64,000 nt of DNA from Candidatus Poribacteria bacterium (GCA_965205025.1 CBDBFU010000002.1:1-64000); one strand, 5' to 3'. Counted from the first letter of the stretch, positions 1 to 11,904 are shown. The notes: generated by a model not told the origin, from the letters alone. Numbers and translations are program-made.

Positions 1-1
1 C

Positions 2-543
2 GGTCAGGGTTGGAGGGCAAACGCTACTATTGGCAGAGCAATCAGACTCATCTGTACAAACATTGGTGGAGGATTACCCGGTGAATTAGATCGTTCGGCG
101 TTTGGTCATCCCGGCAAATTAACATGCTGTATAGCTGAAAAGGAAGAAGAATTCGATTGGAAGCCACTTCATGTAGAACGCGGATTTCGCATAGAAAACA
201 ATACCGTGACCGTTTTTGCTGGTAGCAGCCCACAAAGTGTGAATGATCACGGAAGCAATACAGCAGAAGCAATACTCAATACTATATGTCAGAACATCTC
301 CTCTCCAGGGAATAGTGGTGGTGAAAACACTTATTGTGATAGGCATTGAACACGCAAAGACAATATCTGAGAATGGGTATAATAAATCAGATATTCGAAA
401 ATATAATTGCTGAAAATACGGAAAAATATACCGAATCAGATCTACTCCTGATGGTAGGTGGTGGTACCGCTGGAAGATGGAGTATGGTTGTTCCCGGTTG
501 GGGTTCACCCTCTTCACGAGCTGTCACTATATTAATAAGGTGA
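2..543 (+). CDS. 3' part of a conserved hypothetical protein (family often found beside UGSC-type thioredoxin-like selenoproteins); two +1 frameshifts
   Basis: Frame 2 reads GQGWRANATIGRAIRLICTNIGGGLPGELDRSAFGHPGK...W.PLHVERGF. Removing one A at 324-327 and one at 398-401 gives a continuous frame to TGA at 543. Confidence 0.6.
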
Positions 544-689
544 ATTCGGTATTATTGTTATACATATTTGGGAGAAATAAAATAGGAAATAGGGTAAATC
601 TTCTAACGAAACGATAGGGCACAAATCCTTCATAAATAAACATCACTCATACAAGTGTCAAAGTTAAGAATCCTTCTCTCAAAATATTC

Positions 690-718
690 TTGCAAATTCA
701 AGTCAAATATAGTATCTT
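690..718 (+). promoter_or_regulatory. putative sigma70 promoter for the CBS-korAB cluster
   Basis: TTGCAA-17 nt-TATCTT. Confidence 0.4.
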
Positions 719-779
719 AATAAAAGGTGTATTCAAATACTTTCCCGTTATTTGACGTTACCTTCAAGGAGCATAAACG

Positions 780-1217
780 ATGGACGCGAGAACGCTATCC
801 CTCCCTATTAGCACTTTAGATTACAAACAACCTGCTACAGTGCAAGTGGGTTCTCCAGTCTCCGATGTTATTGACATTATGCAAATCAGTGGATCTGGGT
901 GTGTACTTGTTGTTGATGATGAACAACGGCTTTCTGGTATTATCACTGATCGTGATCTTCTTGTTCATATAAATGGAAAACGGTTGGACCCAGCAGTAGT
1001 TAACGTTGAAGATATCATGACTCATAACCCTGAAACTTTAAGGGCAAGTGACCCAATTGCCTTCGCTTTAAACTTAATGCATCTTGGTCATTTTCGGCAT
1101 GTTCCACTTAGTATCACTGATGACCAACAACAGGAATTCCCTGTTGGGATAATTTCTACACGCGATATTTTAGACCATGTCGCTATATTCATTGAAAATC
1201 AGGAAAGAGGTGTATAA
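780..1217 (+). CDS. CBS-domain pair protein
   Basis: GIITDRDL and GHFRHVP motifs; AGGAG RBS. Confidence 0.9.
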   Translation: MDARTLSLPISTLDYKQPATVQVGSPVSDVIDIMQISGSGCVLVVDDEQRLSGIITDRDLLVHINGKRLDPAVVNVEDIMTHNPETLRASDPIAFALNLMHLGHFRHVPLSITDDQQQEFPVGIISTRDILDHVAIFIENQERGV

Positions 1218-1219
1218 AC

Positions 1220-1760
1220 ATGCTTTATGATAATGCCATTGATGAAGAATTAGCACATATGGATCAAAATGTAGATATAGCTCAAAGGGTGTTGGAGGTA
1301 GGCAAAATCCAAGTACCCCTCCGCGAATTGATGCGATCTTGTGTAACCTATTGATATCTCCGCAACTACACAAGAAGCTATAGATACACTTCTTGAGAAT
1401 CACATCGGTGCCGCATCGGTTGTTGAAGATTCTACTCTAAGAGGTATTTTTGGAGAACGTGATGTATTACGGAAAATAATGAACAAAGAGGTAGGAGATC
1501 TTGACGATATTCCGGTCACCCAATTTATGAAAGCAGATCCGCAGACAGCATCACCCGATGATATGTTGGACACTGCTATTTTATATATGGCTAAAGGTGG
1601 TTTCCGACATATACCAATAATTGATGAACAACAACACCCTATCGGTATGGTATCAATTCGAGACGTCATCTCATATCTTGTTGATTATTTTCCACGTGAA
1701 GTGTTGACATTACCACCCAATCCAATACGGGGTGCCTTGAAGGCAAGAGAAGGAGCATAG
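1220..1760 (+). CDS. CBS-domain pair protein (+1 frameshift near 1349)
   Basis: ATG at 1220 (MLYDNAIDEE...) joins the frame carrying GIFGERDVL and GGFRHIPII after removing one base. Confidence 0.8.
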
Positions 1761-1838
1761 TCCTCATGGACGAAGTATTTATAGGTGCACCTTATGCCAC
1801 CGTCACCATATCAATGTATAGAATAAGGCTGGTTATTG

Positions 1839-3670
1839 ATGCGTAAGCAAGTAGAGCAAATTCAGTCGGCAACAGTCCTTTTTTGCTGGGGATTCCGGCG
1901 ACGGTTCCCAAACAATTGGCACACAAATGACTGAAACCTCCGCCATTATTGGAAACGACGTCGCCACGCTACCCGATTACCCTGCTGAAATTAAAGCCCC
2001 CGCCGGTTCTCTGGCAGGTGTGTCAGGCTTTCAACTACACTTCTCCAGTGAAACTATACACACTCCTGGTGATACATGCGATGTACTTGTAGCAATGAAT
2101 CCTGCCGCATTGAAAGTAAATCTCCATAAATTAAAAGATAACGGTATACTCATAGTCAATTCTGATAATTTCGCACGAAAAAATCTACGGTTAGCAGGCT
2201 ACGCTGATAATCCATTAGAGGACGATTCACTTACAAAATACCAAGTCTTCCCAGTCGAACTGACACTTCTCACACGTAAATCACTTGAATCTATCGATAT
2301 CGACCAAAGTGAGAAGGACCTATGTAAGAACTTTTTTGCACTCGGTATGATTCTTTGGTTATATAACAGACCTATGGATTATACGATAAGATGGGTAAAA
2401 ACCAAATTTGCGACACGGAAATCACACCTCATTGAACCGAATATCACAGCACTTCGAGCAGGAAACACCTATTGTGAAGCTACCGAACAATTCGCAACCT
2501 CCTATGAGGTGAAACCTGCCAAATTTGCACCAGGAAAATACCGAAATATTGAAGGAAATATGTCTACCGTTCTCGGTCTTGTTGCTGCTGCCAACCAATC
2601 TGGATTGCAGCTGGTCTATGGCAGTTATCCTATTACGCCAGCAAGTGATATTTTGCATGGGTTGGCTCAACATCGTAATTTTGGTATTGTTACAATGCAG
2701 ATGGAGGATGAAATCGCTGCTGTTGGTGTTGCAAATAGGGGCATCTTTTAGCGGAGCACTTGGCGTAACCGGCAGTAGTGGACCGGGACTTGCCTTGAAG
2801 TCTGAGGCAATTAATCTTGCTATGATTGCTGAATTACCTCTTGTTGTTTGTAATATCCAGAGAGCCGGTCCATCAACAGGGATGCCAACAAAAACCGAAC
2901 AAGCAGACCTATTACAAATGTTCTACGGGAGAAATGGGGAGTCCCCTGTTCCTATTCTTGCTGCATGTCGTCCGTTGGATTGTTTTGAAACCGTTTATGA
3001 AGCTTGTCGCATTGCTGTGAAATACCGGACTCCTGTCATATTTCTTTCTGAACTTTACATTGCCTTAGGGGCAGAACCATGGTTAATTCCTGATGTCGCA
3101 GATCTCCAAAAAATAGAACCGAATTTCAGAACAGAATTGGAAGATTTCGAACCATATCTAAGAGATACAGACACCCTTGCAAGACCATGGGCAAAACCCG
3201 GCACTCCTGGTCTTGAACACAGAATCGGGGGCTTGGAGAAGTCCGATATCACGGGAAATGTGAGTTATGACGCCGAAAACCATGAAAAAATGGTATCAAT
3301 CAGAGCTGAAAAAGTTCGACGGATTGCTGATGATTTCCCTCCGACTGAGATATTCGGGGCACAGGAAGGGGACTTGCTTATTTTAGGATGGGGTGGCACT
3401 TTCGGAACTATCAGAACCGTAGTCGAGAATAGGTTTGAGGAAGGTAAATCCATTGGACATGTTCATTTACGTTACCTTAATCCATTCCCAAATGACTTAG
3501 GAGAAATACTTAGTAGATTCAAAACCGTATTAATACCAGAATTGAATACTGGACACCTCCGTCAATTAATCCGAAGCGAATATCTAATTGATGCTATTGG
3601 ACTGAACAAGATACAAGGTCAACCTTTTCATGTCTATGAAGTTGAAGCCGAAATTGACACTTACCTATAA
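1839..3670 (+). CDS. korA: 2-oxoacid:ferredoxin oxidoreductase alpha subunit (frameshifts at T6 1879-1884 and A3 2733-2735)
   Basis: FAGDSGDG, GSYPITPAS, EDEIAA, SSGPG, QRAGPSTGMPTK and GLEHRIGGLEK motifs spread over three frames. Confidence 0.9.
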
Positions 3671-3759
3671 TGATGACATCTGCAGTGATATACGAGTAAC
3701 GACTTATACTCCACCTCACCGATTAGAAATCAGTTAACGTGCAAAAGGCAGGCACACCT

Positions 3760-4797
3760 ATGAGAAATAAAAAAGATCCTGGCATTCCAAGTGGAGTGCC
3801 TACACTGACCCAAAAAGATTTTGTCTCCGATCAGGACGTACGATGGTGTCCCGGTTGCGGGGATTACTCTATACTGGCTCAAACTCGAAAAGTTATGCCG
3901 GATTTAGGTATACCAAAAGAGGATATAGTTTTCATATCCGGTATTGGATGTTCCAGTCGCTTTCCTTACTATATGAATACATACGGATTCCATACAATTC
4001 ATGGGAGAGCTCCTACAATTGCCTCCGGTGTAAAAATGGCTAACCCTGATCTCTCTGTATGGGTTATCACTGGAGATGGTGATGGACTTTCTATCGGTGG
4101 GAACCATTTCATCCATCTACTACGGCGTAATTTTGACATCAACGTCCTTCTGTTCAACAACCGAATCTACGGACTTACAAAAGGTCAATACTCTCCTACA
4201 TCGGAACAAGGGAAAAGTACAAAGTCTACTCCATTTGGTTCACTTGAAACACCATTTAACCCGATTAGCCTTGCTTTAGCATCAGGGGCAACCTTCGTTG
4301 CACGCTCACTTGACACCGATTCAGCACATCTACAATCCACCATTAAAGCCGCATTTGAACACAAAGGCACGTCTTTTATCGAAATCTATCAGGATTGTAT
4401 CATCTTCAACAGAGATGCTTTTGCATTGTATACTGACAAAAATACAAAAGCTGACAATACTGTACGGCTTGAACACGGTGAACCACTTCTATTCGGAAAA
4501 GAAAACGAAATGGGTATTCAGATGAAAAACTTCCAACCTGAAGTCAAAACAGTGACTAATGGCACAGATGACATCATTGTCCATGACCAATATACCGAAG
4601 ACACTACTTTGGCAAACTTCCTTGCTCGGATGAGTGATATGCCAGACATGCCGCACCCAATCGGGATATTCAGAAGTGTTCAGCATAGATGCTATGAGGA
4701 TATGATGTCTGAACAAGTTGCACAAGAAAAACAGCGAATAGGTGAAGGTGACCTTACAGCACTTCTCAATGCCGGTGACACATGGGTCGTTGAATAA
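3760..4797 (+). CDS. korB: 2-oxoacid:ferredoxin oxidoreductase beta subunit
   Basis: WCPGCGD, SGIGCSSR, HTIHGRA, GDGD TPP-binding motif, YGLTKGQYSPT. Confidence 0.95.
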   Translation: MRNKKDPGIPSGVPTLTQKDFVSDQDVRWCPGCGDYSILAQTRKVMPDLGIPKEDIVFISGIGCSSRFPYYMNTYGFHTIHGRAPTIASGVKMANPDLSVWVITGDGDGLSIGGNHFIHLLRRNFDINVLLFNNRIYGLTKGQYSPTSEQGKSTKSTPFGSLETPFNPISLALASGATFVARSLDTDSAHLQSTIKAAFEHKGTSFIEIYQDCIIFNRDAFALYTDKNTKADNTVRLEHGEPLLFGKENEMGIQMKNFQPEVKTVTNGTDDIIVHDQYTEDTTLANFLARMSDMPDMPHPIGIFRSVQHRCYEDMMSEQVAQEKQRIGEGDLTALLNAGDTWVVE

Positions 4798-5115
4798 TAT
4801 ATAAATAGAATTCTAATTTATGTGGATAATATGGATAGATATCTTTGTTATCCACTTTTTATTTTATAATAACCTTACCAATCTATATCACTTTTAACAA
4901 TAATCAATAGTCTTTAAACAACTAATTATCTTGCACCTAATCATATATATGTGTTAAACTAAAGGCACTTGCCACAATTTAGACAAGATTGACCTAAGTT
5001 GCTAATTGACGATTTTCACTAACAATTTTAATAACATAAAAATAGTCACTATTTAAGTAAGAATTGTGGTACACTCTATCGTTAAGTCAGTCATTAGTCT
5101 GAGGAGACGTTCATA

Positions 5116-6894
5116 ATGTACGATAAGAAGAACCCTAAAAACGCTGACGTTAATCCTGATGAGCATAAGTTTTTTATTGATGACGAGGATGAGTTGGAAA
5201 TTGATGAAGATGAAGATATTAATGAACCCAGTATGAGTTCCGGTTATTCATTGCAGCTTATCCAGCACATCATCTCGGAAACACCCGTTGAAGACAGTAG
5301 AAGACGGTGGTTAACTGAACTCCGTCGATCCATTATTAACGATGAAGGCGAATTCCGACACAGGGTTCGTGCCATTGAGCAGGAAGCACAACGCATCCAT
5401 GAAGAGATGACAGAACAGATAGATAAGTTAACTGCCCCTGCAAATCGTATCGGCACTCTCCTCGCAATTGCAAAAGACGATACCGCACGGATTACAGTTG
5501 GTGGTTCCGAATATTATGCCAATATTGATCCGCAGTTAGATATTGGAAACCTAAAAAAGGGGATGAGCGTTCTCCTAAATGATGCATTCGTCGTTGTCGG
5601 TGAACTCGGATATTCCGAATCAGGTCCAATCGCAAAAGTCGCTGATATCCTTGAAGATGGGAGACTTCGTGTAGGGTCTGAACCAAGCCTTCAATCCGTT
5701 ATTATCGAACGAGCAACAGAACTCGAAAATACCAAACTAAAATCAGGGGATGAAGTACGGCTTGACCCAAGTCTAAAAGTCGCTATTGAACATATTGCCT
5801 CAAAAGAACAGAAGGATTATGCTCTTGAAGCTGTACCTGAAATACCGTGGTCCAAAGTTGGTGGACTTGACAGCACAATTCAAAAAATTAAAGACACAAT
5901 TGAACAACCGATTCTGCACCCTAAACTTTTCGATCGGTTTCAATACACCGTACCAAAAGGGTTTTTACTACACGGTCCTCCAGGTTGTGGAAAAACACTC
6001 ATAGGAAAAGCAACCGCATACAACTTAACCGAAAAACTTAAAACGGAAACTGGAGAAGAGGTAGAAGGTACATTCCTGCACATTAAAGGTCCCGAGATAC
6101 TTAACATGTGGCTCGGAGAATCTGAACGCAAAGTCAGAGAAATCTTCCAAGCTGCACGCGAAAAACGTGCTGAAGGTAAACTCGCATTCGTATTCATAGA
6201 TGAAGCTGAATCTATCCTGGGAACACGGCGCGCTATGCGATCCCATAGTATTTCAAACACCCTTGTTCCAATGTTCTGTGCTGAAATGGACGGAATTGAA
6301 CCACTGCAAGAAGTTGTCATTATTCTTGCAACCAACCGTCCCGATTTAATAGATCCGGCTATCCTTCGTCCAGGACGAATAGACAGAAAAATAAAAGTCA
6401 CACGTCCAAACAAAGATGCTGCTAAGGATATTTTTGGTATTTATCTTACACCTGAACTCCCAATTGCTACAAACCAAGGCGAAACAGCAAGCAAAGAGAC
6501 TATTGACGAGTTAATCACACAAGTGATTGATGAAATGTTCGATGAAACACCTGAAAATCGATTCCTTGAGGTGGCACTCCGTAGTGGGAGACGAGATATC
6601 CTATATCGGGGACATCTCTGTAGTGGAGCAATTATTGAATCCATCGTCCAAAGAGCAAAAGAATCTGCTCTAAAACGAGCCATCGCTGATCCAGATACTG
6701 AAACGGGGATCTCTATAAACGACCTTTTAGATGGACTTAACGCAGAATTTAGTGAAAACGATATTTTCCCACCCACTGAGGCTACTGAAGATTGGTTAAA
6801 ACTACTTGATTACGATCCCGTTAATGTTGTCAAAGTTACACCAATTCAACCAGAAAAGAGGGAACCCCGTAAATCATCAAGTCCGGTGATTTAA
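5116..6894 (+). CDS. arc: proteasome AAA+ ATPase (ARC/Mpa)
   Basis: Coiled coil and OB region, Walker A GPPGCGKT, IKGPEILNMWLGESE, FIDEAES, DPAILRPGRID; first gene of the proteasome operon. Confidence 0.93.
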   Translation: MYDKKNPKNADVNPDEHKFFIDDEDELEIDEDEDINEPSMSSGYSLQLIQHIISETPVEDSRRRWLTELRRSIINDEGEFRHRVRAIEQEAQRIHEEMTEQIDKLTAPANRIGTLLAIAKDDTARITVGGSEYYANIDPQLDIGNLKKGMSVLLNDAFVVVGELGYSESGPIAKVADILEDGRLRVGSEPSLQSVIIERATELENTKLKSGDEVRLDPSLKVAIEHIASKEQKDYALEAVPEIPWSKVGGLDSTIQKIKDTIEQPILHPKLFDRFQYTVPKGFLLHGPPGCGKTLIGKATAYNLTEKLKTETGEEVEGTFLHIKGPEILNMWLGESERKVREIFQAAREKRAEGKLAFVFIDEAESILGTRRAMRSHSISNTLVPMFCAEMDGIEPLQEVVIILATNRPDLIDPAILRPGRIDRKIKVTRPNKDAAKDIFGIYLTPELPIATNQGETASKETIDELITQVIDEMFDETPENRFLEVALRSGRRDILYRGHLCSGAIIESIVQRAKESALKRAIADPDTETGISINDLLDGLNAEFSENDIFPPTEATEDWLKLLDYDPVNVVKVTPIQPEKREPRKSSSPVI

Positions 6895-6958
6895 CTTCCA
6901 GCCAATATTTTGGAATCTTACAAACTGAATATTTGAATGCCATGGAAAGACGCTACTA

Positions 6959-8473
6959 ATGCAAAGACTTTTTGGAATCGAAACCGAATACGGAATCACT
7001 CTCGAAAATGCTGAACAGATTGATCCCGTCAAGGAGTCTATTGAGCTTATAAAAAGTTATCAACGAGATCCATTTTTGCCTATCTGGGATTATGATGGGG
7101 AAGATCCTTTTCAAGACGAACGCGGTTTCAGAGCAGAACAGCTTAACAACCATCCAGATGATATAGAGGAGGAAAAAAAGGACAGAGAGCGATTTGCAAA
7201 TCAACCTGAACGTTCATTTAGAGAAATCAAGAGTGATCGTATCCTTATCAACGGCGCACGACTCTATAATGATCATGCACATCCAGAATACTCTACACCG
7301 GAATGTCAAAATCTATTTGACCTTGTCGCACACGATAAGGCGGGGGAACTAATACTACAAAAATGCGCTGAAACACGGAGCGAGGAAATTGACTCGCGGG
7401 TTTTACTATATAAAAATAATACCGACTTTTATGGACATAGTTATGGATGCCATGACAACTATCTGATGGCACGCGATGTTCCATTCGACTATCTTAAGAC
7501 ATGTATCATGCCATTTTTTGTAACACGGCAGATCTTCGCAGGATCAGGCAAAATCGGTATTGAAACCGAGGCTGGACTCGCAACGCCAGGACATTACCAA
7601 CTCACACAACGCTCAGACTTCTTCCACGTCGAAGCAAGTGTTGATACAATGCATAAACGGCCCATCGTAAATACTCGAGATGAGCCGCATGCTGATCCCA
7701 CTACATACCGTAGACTTCATGGTATTGTCGGTGATGCAAATATGTCCGAATATGCTACGGCTCTTAAAATCGGCACAACTGCTCTTGTCATTGATCTCAT
7801 TGAAAAAAGACTAATTCCAACGACTTTAGCAATTGCTAATCCGATTGACACTATCAAGACTATATCGCATGATCAAACCTATCGATGGATGCTACAGAGT
7901 GTTGATGGAAATGTTATAAGCGCAATTGACCATCAAAGAGAGTATTTAGCACTTGCACAGAAACATCTTTCACATCAAAATGGTGATACAGATTGGATAC
8001 TGACAGAATGGGAAGATACACTCAATACTCTTGAAGATGATCCCATGCAACTAACAGATAGGATTGATTGGGTCGCTAAAAAATGGTTGTTAGAAACTTT
8101 CGTTGAATCGGAAGAAGTTGAGTGGGATGACCCTTGGCTACAGAGTATTGACTTAGAATACCACAACATCAATCCTGAAGAAGGTTTATTTTATGGATTA
8201 CAAATGAAACGGATAGTTACGGATGAACAAATAATTAATGCTATGCACACACCTCCTTTAGATACACGTGCATACTTCCGTGGTAAATGCCTAAACAAAT
8301 TTGAAGACGCTATAAAAACCGTACAGTGGGACAGTATTACTTTCGACATTGATGGAATACCTGTTACAGTTAACATGAACTCACTCGCAAATCCAGAACT
8401 CGCAAAAAAATATAATGAAGCTCTTGACCTATCACCTAACCCGCAAACCCTCGTTGAAAAACTCGGTTTATAA
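6959..8473 (+). CDS. dop: Dop-like deamidase/depupylase (PafA2)
   Basis: GIETEYG, NGARLYNDHAHPEYSTPEC, KNNTD..GHSYGCHDNY, NTRDEPHA. Confidence 0.9.
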   Translation: MQRLFGIETEYGITLENAEQIDPVKESIELIKSYQRDPFLPIWDYDGEDPFQDERGFRAEQLNNHPDDIEEEKKDRERFANQPERSFREIKSDRILINGARLYNDHAHPEYSTPECQNLFDLVAHDKAGELILQKCAETRSEEIDSRVLLYKNNTDFYGHSYGCHDNYLMARDVPFDYLKTCIMPFFVTRQIFAGSGKIGIETEAGLATPGHYQLTQRSDFFHVEASVDTMHKRPIVNTRDEPHADPTTYRRLHGIVGDANMSEYATALKIGTTALVIDLIEKRLIPTTLAIANPIDTIKTISHDQTYRWMLQSVDGNVISAIDHQREYLALAQKHLSHQNGDTDWILTEWEDTLNTLEDDPMQLTDRIDWVAKKWLLETFVESEEVEWDDPWLQSIDLEYHNINPEEGLFYGLQMKRIVTDEQIINAMHTPPLDTRAYFRGKCLNKFEDAIKTVQWDSITFDIDGIPVTVNMNSLANPELAKKYNEALDLSPNPQTLVEKLGL

Positions 8474-8573
8474 CAATCTTACTTGTTGAAGGAATCAACA
8501 CAACGTGTTCGTATAGTACACTTAGGTTGTAATCCAGAAACTGCTTACAGAAGCATATTAGGAGATAATTCCA

Positions 8574-8771
8574 ATGAAAGATAAGATCGCATATTTCCCA
8601 GAACGCAAACAGAGACCGGTAAAACCGGTTGAACCCGGCGATGGTGGAGACGATAACAACGCACCCAAAAAACCTGATGTCAACAGACCTGACACACAAG
8701 AACTTCTCAAACGGATGCGGCGGGTTGACAAAGACCAATCACGACGTTATCGTCAAAGAACGGGGGAATAA
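8574..8771 (+). CDS. ubact: UBact prokaryotic ubiquitin-like modifier
   Basis: 65-aa low-complexity protein with LLKRMRRVD...RYRQRTGE C-terminus, in the Pup position between dop and prcB; AGGAG RBS. Confidence 0.9.
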   Translation: MKDKIAYFPERKQRPVKPVEPGDGGDDNNAPKKPDVNRPDTQELLKRMRRVDKDQSRRYRQRTGE

Positions 8772-9623
8772 TGAACCATAAAGGCGACTTTCTCAGCCTT
8801 CTAAAAAACGCAGACAACATACATTTAGATTCTGAAGGTGATGCACACCAACCACTACAAAGCAACAAGAAAAGTGAACATAATGCTTTTCAACTGCCAC
8901 TAAATGAAAAACTCAAAAGTGGATCGGAATTACAAATACCAGAAGCTACTACTGTCGTTGCAATGCGTTATAAAGAAGGCATTATCATTGCAGGGGGACC
9001 GACGTGCAACCGCTGGTACCGCTGTCGTGCATGACCGTGCTGAGAAAGTCATTCCTATAGATTCACATTCCGCCCTTGCTATTTCTGGCGCACCTGCAAT
9101 GGCTTATGAAATTGCTCGTGTTCTAAAACATTCATTTCAATATTTCCGTAGAAGCCAACTACAAGAACTTAGTGTAGAAGGCAAACTACGTACACTTTCA
9201 AGACTCATCCGTGATAATTTACCCATGGCAATGCAAGGTATCGGTGCCGTAATCCCTATCTATGCATTATATTCACCTCAAACTGACGAATCTGAAAACG
9301 GGGGTAAGATCTATTTCTACGATGCACTCGGGGCACATTTTGAGAATGTCGATTTTGCAACCACAGGTTCCGGTTCAATATGGATCCGGGGTGTGTTACG
9401 TTACCTTGACAGATGGGGAGATACCCAATTAGAACAAATGGATCAACAACAAGCTACCATTACCATATTAAGACTTCTTGATACAGCAAGTGAATACGAT
9501 GCAGCAACAAGCGGATATAACGCAAAAGCAGAGATTTTCCCAACTGTCAAAACTATTACACAGCACGGAATTGAGTCACTTGATGATGAATTCCTAACTG
9601 AATGTTATGCGGAGGTCACATAA
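8771..9623 (+). CDS. prcB: 20S proteasome beta subunit (+1 frameshift at G5 8993-8997)
   Basis: Propeptide followed by TTVVAMRY...AGDRRATAG after removing one G; GSGS motif. Confidence 0.88.
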
Positions 9624-10396
9624 TGCGCGATCTCCCGTATCGTTGGATCGAAGCAATTCAAGACCGACGCGACTATATTGAAGACCAACTTCGACTTGGG
9701 AGTCCAGTTGTAGGACTTCAGTATGAACATGGCAGTCTCCTCCTAACTGTCAGTAAAGGTGCTCAGAAAATCTTTGAAGTTCATGACCGAATTGCACTAT
9801 CAGCCATCGGACATCCCGCCGACATTGAACGCCTACGGATGCTTGTCACCGACACCGCAAGTGTACAAGCCTTTCAAAGCGCAACAGAAGATGTTAACCT
9901 ACATCGGTTAACCCATTATGTCTTAGCACATACTTTCAAACAGGCGTTTGAAGCTATTGTCGGTGAAGCATACATCATCAAAATGCTACTCGTTGAAATC
10001 GGCAAAGGAGATGCTACCACACACTTTACACATATTAACTATGACGGGAACGTTAGAGTTCAAGAAGATTCAAGTGTCATCGGTGGTACTGAACCAATTG
10101 AAACAGCAATGCAGGAATATCTATCTACCAAGCAAAATGGAGCAGAACAAGACTTAAGCACAGCAATACAGTTAGGGTTAAGGACATGGGCAGTCGGTAA
10201 AGAATTAAGCCAACGGTTTGAAGACGCAGAAGAAAATACAGAAGTTTCCGAAGAACAGATAGATGAAATTATCAATACAGCATTAGAGGATGGCGAAATT
10301 GAAGTAGGTCTCCTTGACGAATCGATTTCCGCAGATACTAAATTCCGTTTGATGACCCAAGACGAAATCCACCAAGCACATCATACCGATAACTAA
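9623..10396 (+). CDS. prcA: 20S proteasome alpha subunit
   Basis: GSPVVGL and KIFEVHDRIALSAIGHPADIE; TAATG overlap with prcB. Confidence 0.88.
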   Translation: MRDLPYRWIEAIQDRRDYIEDQLRLGSPVVGLQYEHGSLLLTVSKGAQKIFEVHDRIALSAIGHPADIERLRMLVTDTASVQAFQSATEDVNLHRLTHYVLAHTFKQAFEAIVGEAYIIKMLLVEIGKGDATTHFTHINYDGNVRVQEDSSVIGGTEPIETAMQEYLSTKQNGAEQDLSTAIQLGLRTWAVGKELSQRFEDAEENTEVSEEQIDEIINTALEDGEIEVGLLDESISADTKFRLMTQDEIHQAHHTDN

Positions 10397-10431
10397 GAAC
10401 TATTAACTAATAACCAATTTAGGACCTACCT

Positions 10432-11904
10432 GTGGCACACAGAATTGTCGGAATCGAAACCGAATTTGGATGTATGATCCAATCGCAGGCGATACAGACA
10501 CAACGTATCAAAGTATCCCCTGAAGGCGTCGCTGCCCGCGTTCGAGATTATGTTTTCAAAAATCTTGAACTCGGTATACCCGATCTCCACTACAGGGATT
10601 GGGGTGAACCCCCAGGCAACGGTGGATTCCTATTCAACGGTGGTAGACTCTATATTGACATGGGACATCTGGAGTATGCAACTCCTGAATGTGGTAACAT
10701 CTTTGATGCCATAGCATACGATAGAGCCATCGAACATGTCATTACTGCTATACTAAAAGATACCGGTCTCATAGGACATGTCGGGTTCTATAAAAATAAC
10801 ATCGACCATTTCACAGGTGCTACTTTCGGATGCCACGAAAACTATCAGGCACGACGTGATGTTCCCTTCTATAAAATTGTAATCCCTACCTTACTACCCT
10901 TCTTCGTAACAAGACAAATTTACGCGGGGGCAGGTCGTGTTGGAGGATACGATGACATCCTTGAATTCGGGGATGGACAATATAGCGTAGACGATTTTCT
11001 CGGATACCAGATCTCACAACGCGCGGATCACATCGTCACAGAAATATATGAATGGATACAGTTTAGTCGAGCAATCATCAATACACGTGATGAACCCCTA
11101 AGTGATTATACAAAATACAGAAGACTCCATCTGTTGGTAGGGGATTCAAACATGTCGGAGTATGCAAATGCACTCAAAATTGGAACAACCATGCTCCTAC
11201 TTGATGCTATAGAAAGGCATTATGATATGTATGGTGAGAAGCTTGCAATACCGTATCTCGATCTCGTAGATCCTATCGCTGCCATCAGACACATTTCAAG
11301 AGACACCTCCTATCAATGGAATGTAGAACTACAGAACGGTAAAACTCTTTCTGCTGTAGAAATACAACGCATCTATCTCAACTTCGTTTTAGATATGATT
11401 ACCGATCCTGATGAATCAGAGGAGTGGGTATTGAAGGAATGGGAAACTGTTCTCAACGACCTCGAAATCGATTGGACACGACTGACAACACGACTTGATT
11501 GGGCTGCAAAGAAGTGGTTTCTTGATGCATTGGTTGAGGAAGAACAACTTGACTGGGATGACCCGTGGCTAAAAAGCCTTGATCTTGAATACCACAATAT
11601 TGATCCTGACGTAGGTATTTACTACGCACTTGAAAACGAAGGGTGTATGCGACGGATCATCACTGACCAACAAATCAGTCAGGCAATTACCACTCCCCCA
11701 ACCAACACACGTGCAAGGGTACGTGGATATATCATGCGAAACCTAAAAAAACAGAAAATGCCATGTATCGTTGACTGGCATCATATCTACGCCGGACAAA
11801 CCGAGTGTTTTGAAATGAAAGAACCCTTTGACACCTCCATCCCCAAAGCACAAAAATGGATCAAATCCATCAAACTCTCCAAACTTGTCAATAAAACGCA
11901 TTGA
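10432..11904 (+). CDS. pafA: PafA-like ligase
   Basis: GIETEFG, FLFNGGRLYID.GH.EYATPEC, GCHENY, SQRADH, RLHLLVGDSNMSE. Confidence 0.9.
   Translation: MAHRIVGIETEFGCMIQSQAIQTQRIKVSPEGVAARVRDYVFKNLELGIPDLHYRDWGEPPGNGGFLFNGGRLYIDMGHLEYATPECGNIFDAIAYDRAIEHVITAILKDTGLIGHVGFYKNNIDHFTGATFGCHENYQARRDVPFYKIVIPTLLPFFVTRQIYAGAGRVGGYDDILEFGDGQYSVDDFLGYQISQRADHIVTEIYEWIQFSRAIINTRDEPLSDYTKYRRLHLLVGDSNMSEYANALKIGTTMLLLDAIERHYDMYGEKLAIPYLDLVDPIAAIRHISRDTSYQWNVELQNGKTLSAVEIQRIYLNFVLDMITDPDESEEWVLKEWETVLNDLEIDWTRLTTRLDWAAKKWFLDALVEEEQLDWDDPWLKSLDLEYHNIDPDVGIYYALENEGCMRRIITDQQISQAITTPPTNTRARVRGYIMRNLKKQKMPCIVDWHHIYAGQTECFEMKEPFDTSIPKAQKWIKSIKLSKLVNKTH

Noticed and set aside
1839-9623. Programmed frameshifting or pseudogenisation of korA and prcB
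   Set aside because: Single extra bases in homopolymers clustered in one region are better explained by sequencing error.
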